Shown: positions 1 through 18,921, counted from the stretch's first letter. The stretch: DNA of 64,000 nucleotides from Salpingoeca rosetta (GCA_033442325.1 JAWQFM010000013.1:1523160-1587159), one strand, 5' to 3'. The notes: a model not told the origin generated them from the letters alone. A program made the numbers and translations.

Positions 1-571
1 GCGCTGCTGCTTGTCGGCGCTGTTTTGGTGCGTCTTCTTCGCCAAGCACCGCGCCAACGCCTCTTCCTCCTCCTCCTCCGCCGTCGAGTCCGTCTAAGCA
101 GCAGCAGTAGCAGCAGCAGCTGACAGCAGAGGCATCACCAGCAGCAGCGACAGAGGCAGTGCCGGCTGCTGCTTTGCTCTCTGTGATGACGACGACGACG
201 ACGACGATGACGGGGTGATGACCATGCTTGCTTGCTTGCTTGTTGCACCATTTTGTTCATCTGCGTTTCTTTTCATTCACCTGTCTGTTTGACCCCCCCC
301 CCTCCTTCCTTGCTTTGCTGTCCTGCTGTGCCAGCCATGACGGGTTTTGTTTTTGTTTACATATATTCACCTCCCTACCGCAAAACACTTGGATGTCTGC
401 TTAACCCCTCCCCCCTCTGCCGTGAGGCGTTGTGTCTCTCTGTCTTGTCCTGTCCTGTGTGTGAGTCACACTCCCCATAAACGAACCAACCAAGAACCAA
501 CCAAGCAGACCGAAAGAAGGAAGCTGCATGCAGAGAGAGAGGCACATTGCGAGTGCGTGGGGAGTTGGGGG

Positions 572-580
572 AAAAAAAAA
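572..580 (-). terminator. Pol III oligo-T terminator of tRNA-Pro
   Basis: A9 on the plus strand (T9 on minus) immediately 3' of the tRNA discriminator base. Confidence 0.85.
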
Positions 581-652
581 GGGCGCTGCCGGGAATCGAA
601 CCCGGGACCTCCGCGACCCGAACACGGAATCATGCCTCTAGACCACAGCGCC
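581..652 (-). tRNA. tRNA-Pro, anticodon CGG, intronless
   Basis: Reverse complement GGCGCTGTGGTCTAGAGGCATGATTCCGTGTTCGGGTCGCGGAGGTCCCGGGTTCGATTCCCGGCAGCGCCC folds into a cloverleaf: acceptor GGCGCTG/CAGCGCC, anticodon stem CCGTG/CGCGG with loop TT-CGG-GT, T-arm CCGGG-TTCGATT-CCCGG. It closely matches the eukaryotic tRNA-Pro pattern. Confidence 0.96.
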
Positions 653-838
653 AACTGCTTGAAGCTTTCTATTGCTTCTTGCTACACGAGGAGAATTTTA
701 CCATTATAAATACAATTTGAATTTTTGGCCCCTCACAAAGCACCAAGCAAGAAGAGCACGCAAAGCAGGAGACACAGCACACTTTCGTTCAACATCCCAA
801 CAACAGAAAGGAAGGAAGACAGCGTTGCACGCACAGCC

Positions 839-1783
839 ATGTTGAGCTCGAGCGACCATGGGCCTGATAAGCACCAACACCAACATGCGCCAACAAGCGG
901 GGCGGCACAACATGGCGCGGCGAATAGCGGCTCTGTGTCTCCGTTGCTTGACCGCCCACACCTTCAGCTGGACAGGGCGATTGCGGCGTTGCTTGTTCGT
1001 GCTGGCTTTGACAGCACCAGCAACCAGTGGAGGGACCTGTTGCTATTGCCCCAGAGGCCACCAAATCAGTCAATGCGCAGCACCTCTGCGCCTGGCGACC
1101 AGATTGCCGGGGTGCAAGCACACGGTGGGGCACCTTCCGGCATGCTAGGGCGTGCACACACGAGCCACAACGGCCATGGTAGTCAAGCAAGCCTTGGTGC
1201 GCACGAGAAGGACACGTCCTCCTCAACTGACACAGTGGATGGAAACGAACCACCGTGCAAGCGGCGAGCCACTGTGGACAAAGGCAACTTTTGCAGTCAA
1301 CACCAGATGGATGAGACAGGCGACAACGACGAAGCAGAAGCAAAACCTGGTGGTGACGATGGAGGGGCAGACGACGCTGCCATGACTGCCCCTCAAGAGC
1401 CCGTGGCGGTGTTGCGAGCGAACCTCATGCACCACATCTTCGCGTGGGCAACCAAGGCGAAGAAGCACAGCGAGCTTTGTGGTCGATATCAGCCCAATGT
1501 CATGGACTGGGCTCAGGCATTACATGAGCACGGTAACCCATTGCCACAGTGTGCATGTTCTGCCTGTTTTCGTGCACATGTGTGTAGATGTGTGCAATAT
1601 ATGTGTGTTGTGTGCATGTGCGCGTGAGTGTGTGTACGACTCTCTCCTGTGTGTGTGTGTGTGTTGACCAATGCGATCCTTGTACCACAACGTGTACATT
1701 CGCTTATGCTGCGTGTTACTTGCTCGCAGGCGTGAAAGCGAAATCCCTGCAAGAAGCGGCGAATGACTTTGCTAGCAACCCTG
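839..1783 (+). CDS. Bromodomain-associated (BTP) histone-fold protein, TAF8/TAF3/SUPT7L-like; 5' part only, probably continues across the gap
   Basis: LDRAIAALLVRAGFDS ... AKKHSELCGRYQPNVMDWAQALHEHG resembles BTP helices 1-3. Exons 839-1532 and 1730-1783 join in frame across a GT-AG intron. Confidence 0.7.
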
Positions 1784-1944
1784 GTATTCGCGTGTGTCTG
1801 CGCACAAGCCTTGTGTCGTGCTCGTGCGATGCAATGCTATGCGATGCTATGCTACACTATGTTGCGCTATGCTGTGCTGTGCTGTGCTGTGCTGTGCTGT
1901 GTTGTGTGTCACAGGGAACGCCCTGTTCTTTCGTCTTCTTCAGG

Positions 1945-2903
1945 NNNNNNNNNNNNNNNNNNNNNNNNNNNNNNNNNNNNNNNNNNNNNNNNNNNNNNNN
2001 NNNNNNNNNNNNNNNNNNNNNNNNNNNNNNNNNNNNNNNNNNNNNNNNNNNNNNNNNNNNNNNNNNNNNNNNNNNNNNNNNNNNNNNNNNNNNNNNNNNN
2101 NNNNNNNNNNNNNNNNNNNNNNNNNNNNNNNNNNNNNNNNNNNNNNNNNNNNNNNNNNNNNNNNNNNNNNNNNNNNNNNNNNNNNNNNNNNNNNNNNNNN
2201 NNNNNNNNNNNNNNNNNNNNNNNNNNNNNNNNNNNNNNNNNNNNNNNNNNNNNNNNNNNNNNNNNNNNNNNNNNNNNNNNNNNNNNNNNNNNNNNNNNNN
2301 NNNNNNNNNNNNNNNNNNNNNNNNNNNNNNNNNNNNNNNNNNNNNNNNNNNNNNNNNNNNNNNNNNNNNNNNNNNNNNNNNNNNNNNNNNNNNNNNNNNN
2401 NNNNNNNNNNNNNNNNNNNNNNNNNNNNNNNNNNNNNNNNNNNNNNNNNNNNNNNNNNNNNNNNNNNNNNNNNNNNNNNNNNNNNNNNNNNNNNNNNNNN
2501 NNNNNNNNNNNNNNNNNNNNNNNNNNNNNNNNNNNNNNNNNNNNNNNNNNNNNNNNNNNNNNNNNNNNNNNNNNNNNNNNNNNNNNNNNNNNNNNNNNNN
2601 NNNNNNNNNNNNNNNNNNNNNNNNNNNNNNNNNNNNNNNNNNNNNNNNNNNNNNNNNNNNNNNNNNNNNNNNNNNNNNNNNNNNNNNNNNNNNNNNNNNN
2701 NNNNNNNNNNNNNNNNNNNNNNNNNNNNNNNNNNNNNNNNNNNNNNNNNNNNNNNNNNNNNNNNNNNNNNNNNNNNNNNNNNNNNNNNNNNNNNNNNNNN
2801 NNNNNNNNNNNNNNNNNNNNNNNNNNNNNNNNNNNNNNNNNNNNNNNNNNNNNNNNNNNNNNNNNNNNNNNNNNNNNNNNNNNNNNNNNNNNNNNNNNNN
2901 NNN
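1945..2903. other. assembly gap (N run)
   Basis: Run of N, followed by (TG)n. Confidence 1.
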
Positions 2904-3045
2904 TGTGTGTGTGTGTGTGTGTGTGTGTGGACGTGCGTGATTGCGTGTGCGTGATCACAACTTCCTTTCACACTCATCACCACTCCACCTTGGCCCCCTT
3001 GTGTGTGTGTGTGTGTGTATGTGTGTGTTTGTGTGTGTGTGTGTA

Positions 3046-3078
<33 letters not shown>

Positions 3079-3158
3079 GTGGTCAGTGTACATCTCGCGC
3101 CCGCCGCCGCTTGATTACGGCCCCCTCCTCGTCGCACACGACATTAACCCAGGTCTGT

Positions 3159-3212
<54 letters not shown>

Positions 3213-3723
3213 TGTGTGTGTATGTGTGTGTGTGTGTGTGTACGTGTGTGTGCATCAAGTGTCCCTTGGCGCTAACCGACCAATTGTGTACGACTGGAGA
3301 CCATCCCTAGTATATTTGTGACCCTTTAACTGCAAGTCTGGACATCCGCCTAATTTAAAAATGTGCTGGGAGTGCAACGGATGAGCCTAGAGGGAGTACA
3401 TCTTTAGTGAGGTTCTACAAATCCACATTGGAAAATATTCCGCATTCCACCTGCAGATCCCAAATAATAAACAGATAACACTTTGTGGAAAGTTGCCTAC
3501 TCGCACATTCACACACAGGGATAGGTGTTGCTTGCTTTTGGTTGCTCGTTCGCTCGCTCGTTCGTTCGTTTGCTCTCGTTCATTCATTCATTGGCTTTGA
3601 TACTTTGGTTAAAACACCACATTGGCATCAAACAACACACGTTGAGTGGACAGAAAAAGAAAAAGGGCAAAGGGGAAAAGAGGGCTGTGACTACACACCA
3701 ACAAACAAAAGAGACCACACACC

Positions 3724-3784
<61 letters not shown>

Positions 3785-3828
3785 AACACACACACACACA
3801 TAAACACACACACGCGACTTGCTCGCCC

Positions 3829-4527
3829 TCACTTCCTGTGCATGAAGCGGAGCAGCTGTTCCGTGGCGACAATGTGGTCGCGAACGGTGTGAATGTCATC
3901 GAGCATGCGGCGCTCCCGTTCATTGTTGGCCTCAATCCTCGCCCGCAGCTGCGCCATGTACGCTTGGTGCTCCCGCTCCTCTTCTTCCTCGTCGTAATCG
4001 TCCATGTCAACGTCGTCGTCGTCGTCAGCATCGTCATCGGTTGCATCCATGTCCCGCATGGTGTCCTTGTCATCATCGTCGTTGTCGTCGGCAGCGGCAT
4101 CTTGCGCGCCAACACTCCTGCCGTAGCCTGGTGCTGTGTTTGCGTTGACGCTTGTAACGCCCGCCGGCACGCATGCGCCGAGATTGCGGCGTGCGTTGGC
4201 ACCATTGCCACCTTCAGCGGCATCGTCGTCATCGTCGATGCCGACGCCTGTGATGTCGCTGCTGCTGTAACTCTTGGTTCGAAAGACAGCGACGCCGCCG
4301 CTGCAGTGAACTGCAGAAGGGGCAGCAGGCTTGTCGCCACCATCATTGTCATCGTCGTAGTCGTCTTCTGGAGGCACGGCAGCGCTCACCTCCGTGGTGA
4401 GGTCTGTGGAAGACGTGTCGCACTCGTGCTTGCCGTACTGTTGGAACTTGCTGGCCAGCATGCGTTGCATGCCGGCTGCATCAGCAGGCGACGATGATGA
4501 TGGTGGCGACACACGCTCAGCAGACAT
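3829..4527 (-). CDS. hypothetical acidic protein (232 aa, single exon) with C-terminal coiled coil
   Basis: ATG-to-stop ORF, GC-rich and free of microsatellites. D/E-rich, with helical C-terminus EREHQAYMAQLRARIEANNERERRMLDDI. No family recognised. Confidence 0.65.
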   Translation of the reverse strand: MSAERVSPPSSSSPADAAGMQRMLASKFQQYGKHECDTSSTDLTTEVSAAVPPEDDYDDDNDGGDKPAAPSAVHCSGGVAVFRTKSYSSSDITGVGIDDDDDAAEGGNGANARRNLGACVPAGVTSVNANTAPGYGRSVGAQDAAADDNDDDDKDTMRDMDATDDDADDDDDVDMDDYDEEEEEREHQAYMAQLRARIEANNERERRMLDDIHTVRDHIVATEQLLRFMHRK

Positions 4528-5358
4528 GGCGGTATGGTCTCGTTCACAAGGGGTAACGTGGTGCTGGTGTGGTTTGGTGTTTGGCCGGGGGGGGGGGAGG
4601 GAGAGGTTACGGCTGGTTGGGGTGCAGTCAAGACTTTCAACAAACGGCCGTGGCGGTGGCGGTGGCGGTGGGTGGTGAAGAGGAAAAATGAATCACACTC
4701 AAAAAGCGGACGGATGGGATAACATCAAGAACGCACGCGCGCTGCTGTGGGCCGGGGGGGGGTAACAAAAGAGACCTCAAGCAACGAGAGCGAAGGGGCG
4801 GGGGGGGGGGGTTGGTGTGCTGCTGTTTGTGTTTTGTGCGTTGTGCTTTGTGGTTGTGCTTAAATTCTTGTTTGGAGCGAAATGAACGAGAAGGAGGAGG
4901 AGGAGGGAACGGACAACTTTCAAAACCCGCAGGTTATGCGATTGTTGTTATTGGAATGGAGGTGGTGTGGCGCGGGGTGGTTTGCTCAGCTGATTGGCTG
5001 GGTTGCTGGCTGGCGATGCAGTTATGTTGTGATGATGATGATGATGGATGAAGCAATGAATGGAAACACAAAAGTGAAGATGGAGAATGTGCGTTGTTGT
5101 GGTTGTCGTTGCCGTTGTTTGGCGGTTGTTGTTGTGTCCCGCACAACGAGCAAGCAAGCGGTTGTGGAATGGTGACTGGTGTGTGTGTGTGTGTGTGTGA
5201 GTGGTGTGTGGTTCGACTTGCCGTGTAATTGATAGTCGTCGTCGTGTGCGTAACTTTTGCAAGTGGTTGGCAGGTATTTGTTTATTTCTGTGTGTCGCTT
5301 GTCGCCGTCAGTGGCAGCACAAAAAGTAGCTGTCGGGACAAGCAACAAAAACGACAAC

Positions 5359-5405
<47 letters not shown>

Positions 5406-5496
5406 CAACAACAACAACAGCGAGAAACGTTCATTTGGCACATCGACGCATCGACAAGTCCACACACCTGTCGACAACCAGACACAACCAACCATC

Positions 5497-9492
<3,996 letters not shown>

Positions 9493-9684
9493 ACGCAACG
9501 TGCGACTGTGTGTGTGTGTGTGTGTGTTTCGTGTTGCTTTGTGGTTCCTTTTTCCCCCTCTTCACCTCTTTTCATGTCGTGTCATGTGTCTTCAACTAAG
9601 GGTGCCTGTATCTGTCTGTGCACGGTTTGGATTTTTTGCTTCTTATCCTGAATAAACATCCATTCCCCTGGCCACACGTGAGCA

Positions 9685-9807
<123 letters not shown>

Positions 9808-9815
9808 CGTTGCAC

Positions 9816-10314
9816 CTTGAGTGGTAGTATGCTGGCCCTTGGCGGTATGCAAGAAAGTCTGCCGCGAACTTCAAACCTGACTTTGGCACCCAGCCGGCGC
9901 TGCGAAGATGGTGGTAAACAACGTAGCGCTGCACAAACTGCGGCTGCACACGCGTGAATGCACGCCAGCACTCGACCGTGGACATGTCTCGCTAAGCACG
10001 GCAGTTATGGTGGTGGTGGCGGTGGTCGTCGTCGTCGTGGGGATGTGAGCGAGCAAGTGCGCGTATTTATGTGAGTGTGTGTGCGCATGCGTCAACGGGC
10101 GTAAAAAGAGTGTGCACAGAGGCACAGGCACCCATCGTGCAAAGAATCATCGCCACCACCATCGCCATTGTTGCCGCCTTACCCCTGCTTCGTCGAGAAT
10201 ACGAAGGCACCCAAGGCCGTGCTTCAAGAAAAATGCCTGTAGGCAACACCAGCGTCCAACAACAGTGAATCCCCCGCCACACATGACGTCAGTGCTTGCA
10301 CCGTTAACCACCGG

Positions 10315-10379
<65 letters not shown>

Positions 10380-12549
10380 CACACACAACACACACACACA
10401 AACACACACAACACACATGCAGACGAGGAATCAGGGCTGACCTCGACAAGACTGAGCTGTAAGACCTCGCGTGTTGCGTGAATGATTTGCCGGCCGCGCA
10501 GTTCGGGGGGAATGTTGTCCCCGGACACCTCCACCCACTGCATCGACGACTCCTGCTGCTGCTGTTGTGGCTGTTGGTGCTGTGGCTGCTCATCACCACC
10601 ATCATTGCCACCGTCACGCGTACGATCTTGCTGTTGCGGTTGCTTCGCCCGCTTGGACGGGAGGTTGCCGTCATCGTCATGATCACGTTCGGCAGCAGTG
10701 GCGGCGCTCATCGTCGTGGTCGTGGGCTGTGCCGTGCCACCACCACCCACTTGCTGTTGTTGCTGCTCCTCCGCCTCCTCCATGCCCTGTTGTTCATCTT
10801 GTCTCTCTTCTTCGGCCGGTGCTGCCGTATCCTGCTCTCCTCCGTCATCGTCATCGCCATCACCATCGTCGCCGGCCTTGTCTGTGCTTGTTGTAGTGGC
10901 TGCTTCCCTGCCTCCCTCGGCACCTTCGCCCTGGTCACCCCCTTCTGCTTCGTCGTTCTCCACCCCGTCTTCCTTGTCCCGCTCTTCAACAGAGGCACGT
11001 CGGCTTTCAGCATCACCACCATCACCATCAACATCATCACCATTACCGCCATTGCCACCATGGGCCTGCTGCTTGTGGGCCTCCTTCCTCTCCCTCCTCC
11101 TCATTGCCTTCTCTTCCCTCTTCTTTGCCTGCTGCTCCTCTCTCTTCTTCGCCCGCACCTGTTTCCTCCGCTCGTTTCGCTCCACCCGCCGTTGCTTACG
11201 GTCCACGCGCCGCTCAGCCACCGTCACTGCACAGCCGAGGCGCATGCGCATGCGCAGGTGTATGTGTTGTGTTGTGTTGTGTTGTGTTGTGTTGTGTGTG
11301 TGTGTATGACAGACGGGGGTGTGAATGCATCGATGCAAAGGTGTATGTGAGTGAGTGAGTGTGAGTGTGTGTGTGTGTGTTTGCAAGCGTGCTCCTCTGT
11401 GCTGGCAGCTGGCGCACACACATGCGCAGCAGACACATGTGACAATGTAAACGTACAGAGTTCGACGACGCCGGCAGCAACGTCACGCACAACCTTGTGG
11501 TGCATGGGTTCGCTCTTGGACAGGTTGGCCTTACCAAAGCAGCCCTGGCGAAGCAGATGGAGACGAGGTGAGAGGAGTGACACGAACAAGCAGAGTGACG
11601 GGCAGGCAGACAGGCACACACAGACACACACACACAGACACAGACACAGACACAGACACAGACACACAGACACACAGACACACAGACACACACACACAAA
11701 CCTGATAGTGTAGCCAGTACATGTCCGGCACTCGGTGCACCTTGACACCGTGCCCATCGAACACGCCCTGTTTGCAGGCCGATGCACAAGCAAGCGGGTT
11801 GAGCGAACAATGTGCGCGAGTGGAGAAGCGAGCAAGCACAGCAGACCTTAACATGTGATGGCACACCTCATATGTGTAGTATGGGCTGGGCTCCTCGACG
11901 CCATCTGGCAGGGAAGGAAGGTTGTTGTTGGAGCGCCAAGTTGCCGCCGTAACCGTCTTCATGCCAGTCGGCAGCACCTTCAGATACTTCTTGTTGTTGC
12001 CAGACTGTATGCGGTGGTCATGGTGGGTAGTGCATGGTGGTGGTGGTGGTGTTGTGTGTGTGGTTGTGACGTTGATGAAAGTCGAAGGGAGTAAGCGAGA
12101 CAGGAACAAAGAAAGAGACAAGAGAAGCAAGCAGACGGGTCTGCGTGGGTTCATGTGCACAGTTGACAGAGGTGAAGTGAGGTTGAGTCGAGAGTGTCAG
12201 GCGCAGGCGGGAGCAACACCAACCCGACCTTCCGTTTCGGCTGTCGTAGAGCCTCTCGAGGACCGCAGTCGCCCGGGTGCACGAGCACAGATGGCCGCAC
12301 TGTCGGTGCGTTGGGGTTCTGCGAGCAAGCCGGCAAGACGCGTGCACAAGATGCGTGTCAGCGACATGCTCAGTGACATGATCTGCAAGTGCGCGTTTGA
12401 AAGCTGCAGCAAACACAGCCGTGTGTGCGCCGTGTGCTCACCTTCTTTGGCGGCCTGCGACGGCGCTTACGGCTCCCATCTGCCGCTGCGCGTTGCTGCT
12501 GCTGCTTTGGTGCCTGATCGGCACCTTGGGTGTTGTCCTCCTCCATCAT
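9816..12549 (-). CDS. TSEN2: tRNA-splicing endonuclease subunit Sen2 (multi-exon; 3' end not visible)
   Basis: Exons encode GCFGKANLSKSEP, EVLQLSLVEAFFL and FVQRYVVYHHLRSAGWVPKSGLKFAADFLAYRQGPAYYHS (catalytic Tyr and His). The N-terminal G.FGK..LS.S.P motif favours Sen2 over Sen34. Confidence 0.88.
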
Positions 12550-12775
12550 TGTCTTCCACTTCCACGTGTGTCGGTCACACAAGTGCACAGGCACGGGATT
12601 TGTGTCCTCCTTGTTTATGAGTGACTTGCTTCTCGACTTGCTTCTTCTCTCGACTTGCTTGCTTGATTGCTTGATTGATGGGATGGTTGATGCGAACACA
12701 GCGAACACATTCACACACATTCGCACACAGACACACACATGCACACATGCACAGACAGACACACATGCACACTGT

Positions 12776-14852
<2,077 letters not shown>

Positions 14853-14940
14853 TATTGGAGGGTTGAACACGACACCATAAACTGTAGTCAATATGAGGCA
14901 GCCGACGCGGCACACAACCCACCACACACACACTTACACA

Positions 14941-15010
<70 letters not shown>

Positions 15011-15102
15011 ACACATCATTCCATCATTGTCATTCCCATCTCACATCGCTCTGCATGCATGTGCCTGAGTGTGTGCTTGAGTGAGTGATCTCCGTTTGGG
15101 CC

Positions 15103-15208
15103 ATGTCAACAGCAAGCCATCCACCACCACCACCGCCGCCACCACCGCCTGTGTCCGGAGCTTCCCTCGCCAAAGCAGAAGAAGACAGCGAGCACCCTCA
15201 GATGCAGC

Positions 15209-15285
<77 letters not shown>

Positions 15286-17993
15286 CGCATGCAGGTGCAG
15301 AGCGAACAAGGGCAGGCTGTACGCCAGTACCAGCCACTGTCGCAGCAACAACAGCCACAACCGCCGCACCTGCTGCAGCAGCAACAACACTTTCAGCAGC
15401 AGCAACAACAGCAACAACAGCAACATCCTCATCACTATCAGCTGACGTACTACCAGCCACCGAACCCACACACAAGTGGAAGCAACGCCATGCCGCCCGC
15501 CCCGTACTACGTTCCTGGCGGTGCGGTCATGTCAAGTGCACCAAGCGCGCCGCTTGCAGGACCAGCGTACCCGTATCCGCATCAGCGCATGCCCCCACCA
15601 GCTCACGCTTCCAGTACCGCAACCTCTCTCACATCCCTGGCAGCCGTCGGGCCGCCCCCTCCGCCGCCCCCTCCCCCTCCTGCACCAGCAGTAGCACAGC
15701 ACCACACCTCTGTCTCTCACACCCTTGTCCGCAACACCACTGCAACGTCAGCCGCCGCTACTCCTGTCACGGAAGCAAACCGCACCACGATCACGAACGC
15801 CGCCAGCAGCAACAAAGGCAGCCGGAGCGCAAGTGCTAGGGACGACGAGGATGATGGGGGCGGCAGCGGCAGTGGGAACCGACGGAAGCGAGCAAAGCGG
15901 CCACGCACAACCGTGGCTCAGCGACACCACTTGCTCGTGTTGCTGGACCGGGGTGAAATCACGCCCACGGCGGCTGCGGAGCGCGCTGGCGTCTCCAAGA
16001 CGGCTGTGTCCAACTGGATACGCCGCCACCGCCAAGGACATATGCCGCTTGTGGACGACGGTAACGCCTCGCGGCAGCGGCAGCGCCCGCCAAAGTATTC
16101 GCTTGTGGAGCCCCGCGTCGTGGCCTTTGTCAACTCTCTGCCCTCAAACCGGCCCATCAGCTGGTCCCGCGTCCAACGTATGTGCTCTTGTGTACGTGAT
16201 GCACTCGTGTGCATGTGATGTTCATATGATGTTCGTGTGTCATGGGGTTCACGTACATGGTGTTTACACACATGGGGTTCACGTACATGGGGTTCACGTG
16301 CATGGGGTTTACACACATGGTGTGGATGCATGTATATTCTTCCTAGTCATCCTGTCCTCCTCTGCCTGTCCTCACATGTTTACGCATCTGTGTGTCACTT
16401 TTTTCCTCGCACCCACGCACCCACACTACGGTGCAGAGTATGCCCAGGAGGTGGCACGTGAGCTGGTGGCGGAGGGCCACAGCGAGTACGCAAGGTTCAC
16501 GGCATCGGCCGGATGGTTCCAGGGGCTGAAGCGACGGTATAACCTCACGTTCCCAAACACGCGCTCCCACGCAGCCGCAACAGCGGCGAGGGCTGGTGGT
16601 GACGGCAGGAGCACGGCAGCCAACGTACACAGCGCGGGCAGTGATGGTGCTGCGAAGCAGCATCAACATCAACATCAACATCAGCAACATCAACATCAGC
16701 AGCAGCAGCAGCAGCAGCACGAGGAGGCGAACGGCAAAGTGGAAGGCAACAGCCATCAAGGTGTCCCAGCCAACGGTGGCAGCAGCGGCATGACGGGTGC
16801 GGCGATGGCGACGGTGCGCGATGGTGGATATGAAACCGTCGATGTGGGCGCAATTGGAACGCGCGGAAGTGCAATGCGGCGTGGTGGCGGCGCGGATGGC
16901 ATCGCTGCAGCCGGTGGCAGTGGTGTTGGCAGCCAGCACCGGTGTGGCGGCGGTAGCGACGGTGGTGGTGATGGTGATGGCGATGGTGATGATGATGACG
17001 ACGACGAGAAGACGATTGACGTCGCAAACGCGACCGGGGTGTCGGCACCACTTCATCATCATCATCATCATCATCACCAGCACCAGCAACATCATAACCA
17101 TCACCCTCATCATCACCATCACCACCATCACCACCAGCTCCAGGGCCAACATCACGCGAGTGCCGGACAACCACACGATGGTGGCGGTGCTGGTGATGCA
17201 CACCACGTGTCCCACCTCCACGCTGAGGTGCCCCTGCCACCACCATCAGGCTCACACGCCTTTCCACACTACTTGTACCCGCCACCGCCACCGCTGCTGT
17301 CACACACACAGCCATCAGCTGGGTACGAGGACACTGCTCAGCAGCACGTGCACGTTGATGGTGACACCACACGCCATATTCCGTCCAGCATCAGCAGCAG
17401 CATCAGCAGCAGCATCAGCAGCAGCACGCTGCCACTGCCACTGCCACCGCCATCCCACCCCGTCCAGGAGCACCAGCAACAACAACAGCAACAACATCAG
17501 CAGCAGCAGCAGCAACATGGTGGTGAGGGCGGTACCGGGGGTGATGGAGATGATGCGTTTGTGGATGTGCAGTCGACAAGTGGTGATGGACGGGGACCAG
17601 GGTTTACTGCTGGGGTGCGGGAACCCATGCACGCACAGCCAGCAGAGATGCACACCAGTGCACGTGGTGATAGTGGTGATGGTGACGATGATGGTGATGA
17701 TGGTGATGGTGGTGGTGACGATCAGCAACGACAGCAGGAGGGAGAGCGCGCCGCAACAGGTGATGGTGCTGATGGTGATGATGATGATGATGATGGCAGC
17801 AGTGGTCGTGGCGGTGATGATGCAGGAGATGGCGCCCGACAGAGCAGCAGCAGCAGCGGCGGCGGCGGTAAGAGCGGCCGCTCAACATCGGCGGGGAAGG
17901 CCGTGAAGGTAGCTGCCGGGCGCGAGGAGGAAGCAGCTGCGGCAGACACTGGCGATGGTGCTGGTGATGATGACGATGACCGTAACGATGCGG

Positions 17994-18073
<80 letters not shown>

Positions 18074-18664
18074 CCGCCGTCCCAACTCCAGCACACCCCA
18101 GCACACCAGCATCCCGACCACCACCAGCACCACCACCAGCACCACTTTCCTCCTTCTGATCTGCACCAAGCACCACACCACCAACACCTGCCGCAGCACC
18201 CTCACATACCATACAGTGACGACCACCAACACCACCAGGACCACCACCATCAGCAACAGCACCAGCATCACCTTGTCCCACCTCAGCCCATCAGCGTTGA
18301 TCACGCCGTTGGCGCTGTCAACACGCTGCGCACGTTTGCGCTCACTCACGCGTGGGACCGAGAACGGATGGATCTGCTGGGCACGGTCGAGACCTGGCTG
18401 CACTCATCTCCCGTGATCATACCCCCACCGCCGCCACCGCCGCCGCCGCCGCCACACAGCCACTACCAGATACAGTACCACCAACACGACCAGACCAGTC
18501 ACCACCATCCACAGCACCAACACCAACAGCAGCAGCAACCACAGCAACAACAACCGCACACTGAGCGCACACAACCGCCCCAACATCCCCCACAGTACCC
18601 AGCACATCACCACCAGCACATGCAGCCAAACATGCTGCACCCACAGGCACCACCTGAAGCGTAG
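15103..18664 (+). CDS. CENP-B/pogo(Tigger)-type tandem HTH DNA-binding protein without DDE domain; two exons (15103-16177, 16437-18664)
   Basis: HTH1 RTTVAQRHHLLVLLDRGEITPTAAAERAGVSKTAVSNWIRR; HTH2 (Tc5-like) RQRPPKYSLVEPRVVAFV..PISWSRVQQYAQEVA..FTASAGWFQGLKRRYNL; C-terminal PISVDHAVGAVNTLRTF helix. The remainder is polyQ/H/P/G/D. Confidence 0.85.
16241..16325 (+). repeat. 15-bp minisatellite (CATGGGGTTCACGTA-like, about 5.5 copies) in intron
   Basis: catggggttcacgta/catggtgtttacaca/catggggttcacgta/catggggttcacgtg/catggggtttacaca. Confidence 0.85.
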
Positions 18665-18686
18665 GCGTGCGCGCGCGTGTGCGTGG

Positions 18687-18749
<63 letters not shown>

Positions 18750-18766
18750 GTGTTCGTTCACAATGA

Positions 18767-18842
<76 letters not shown>

Positions 18843-18921
18843 AATACACAGAACAAAGCAAAACCACGTGACGCAATGCCATCTCCTCCAAGGACAGGTT
18901 GGATGGTGGGGGGGGGGCGGC

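Noticed and set aside
1588-3310. Long ORFs spanning the N gap (also 18693-19788)
   Set aside because: Artefacts of translating N runs and TG/CA repeats.
10460-11237. Large charged insertion in Sen2
   Set aside because: Sen2 orthologs commonly have a variable disordered insertion here.
16241-16325. Regular short repeats (also 38018-38103, 30310-30390, 49358-49460, 59841-59975) as CRISPR-like arrays
   Set aside because: Tandem units without unique spacers, intronic, no cas genes, eukaryotic context.
15103-18664. Active Tigger/pogo transposon
   Set aside because: No DDE domain, TIRs or TA target duplication seen; reported as a domesticated gene instead.
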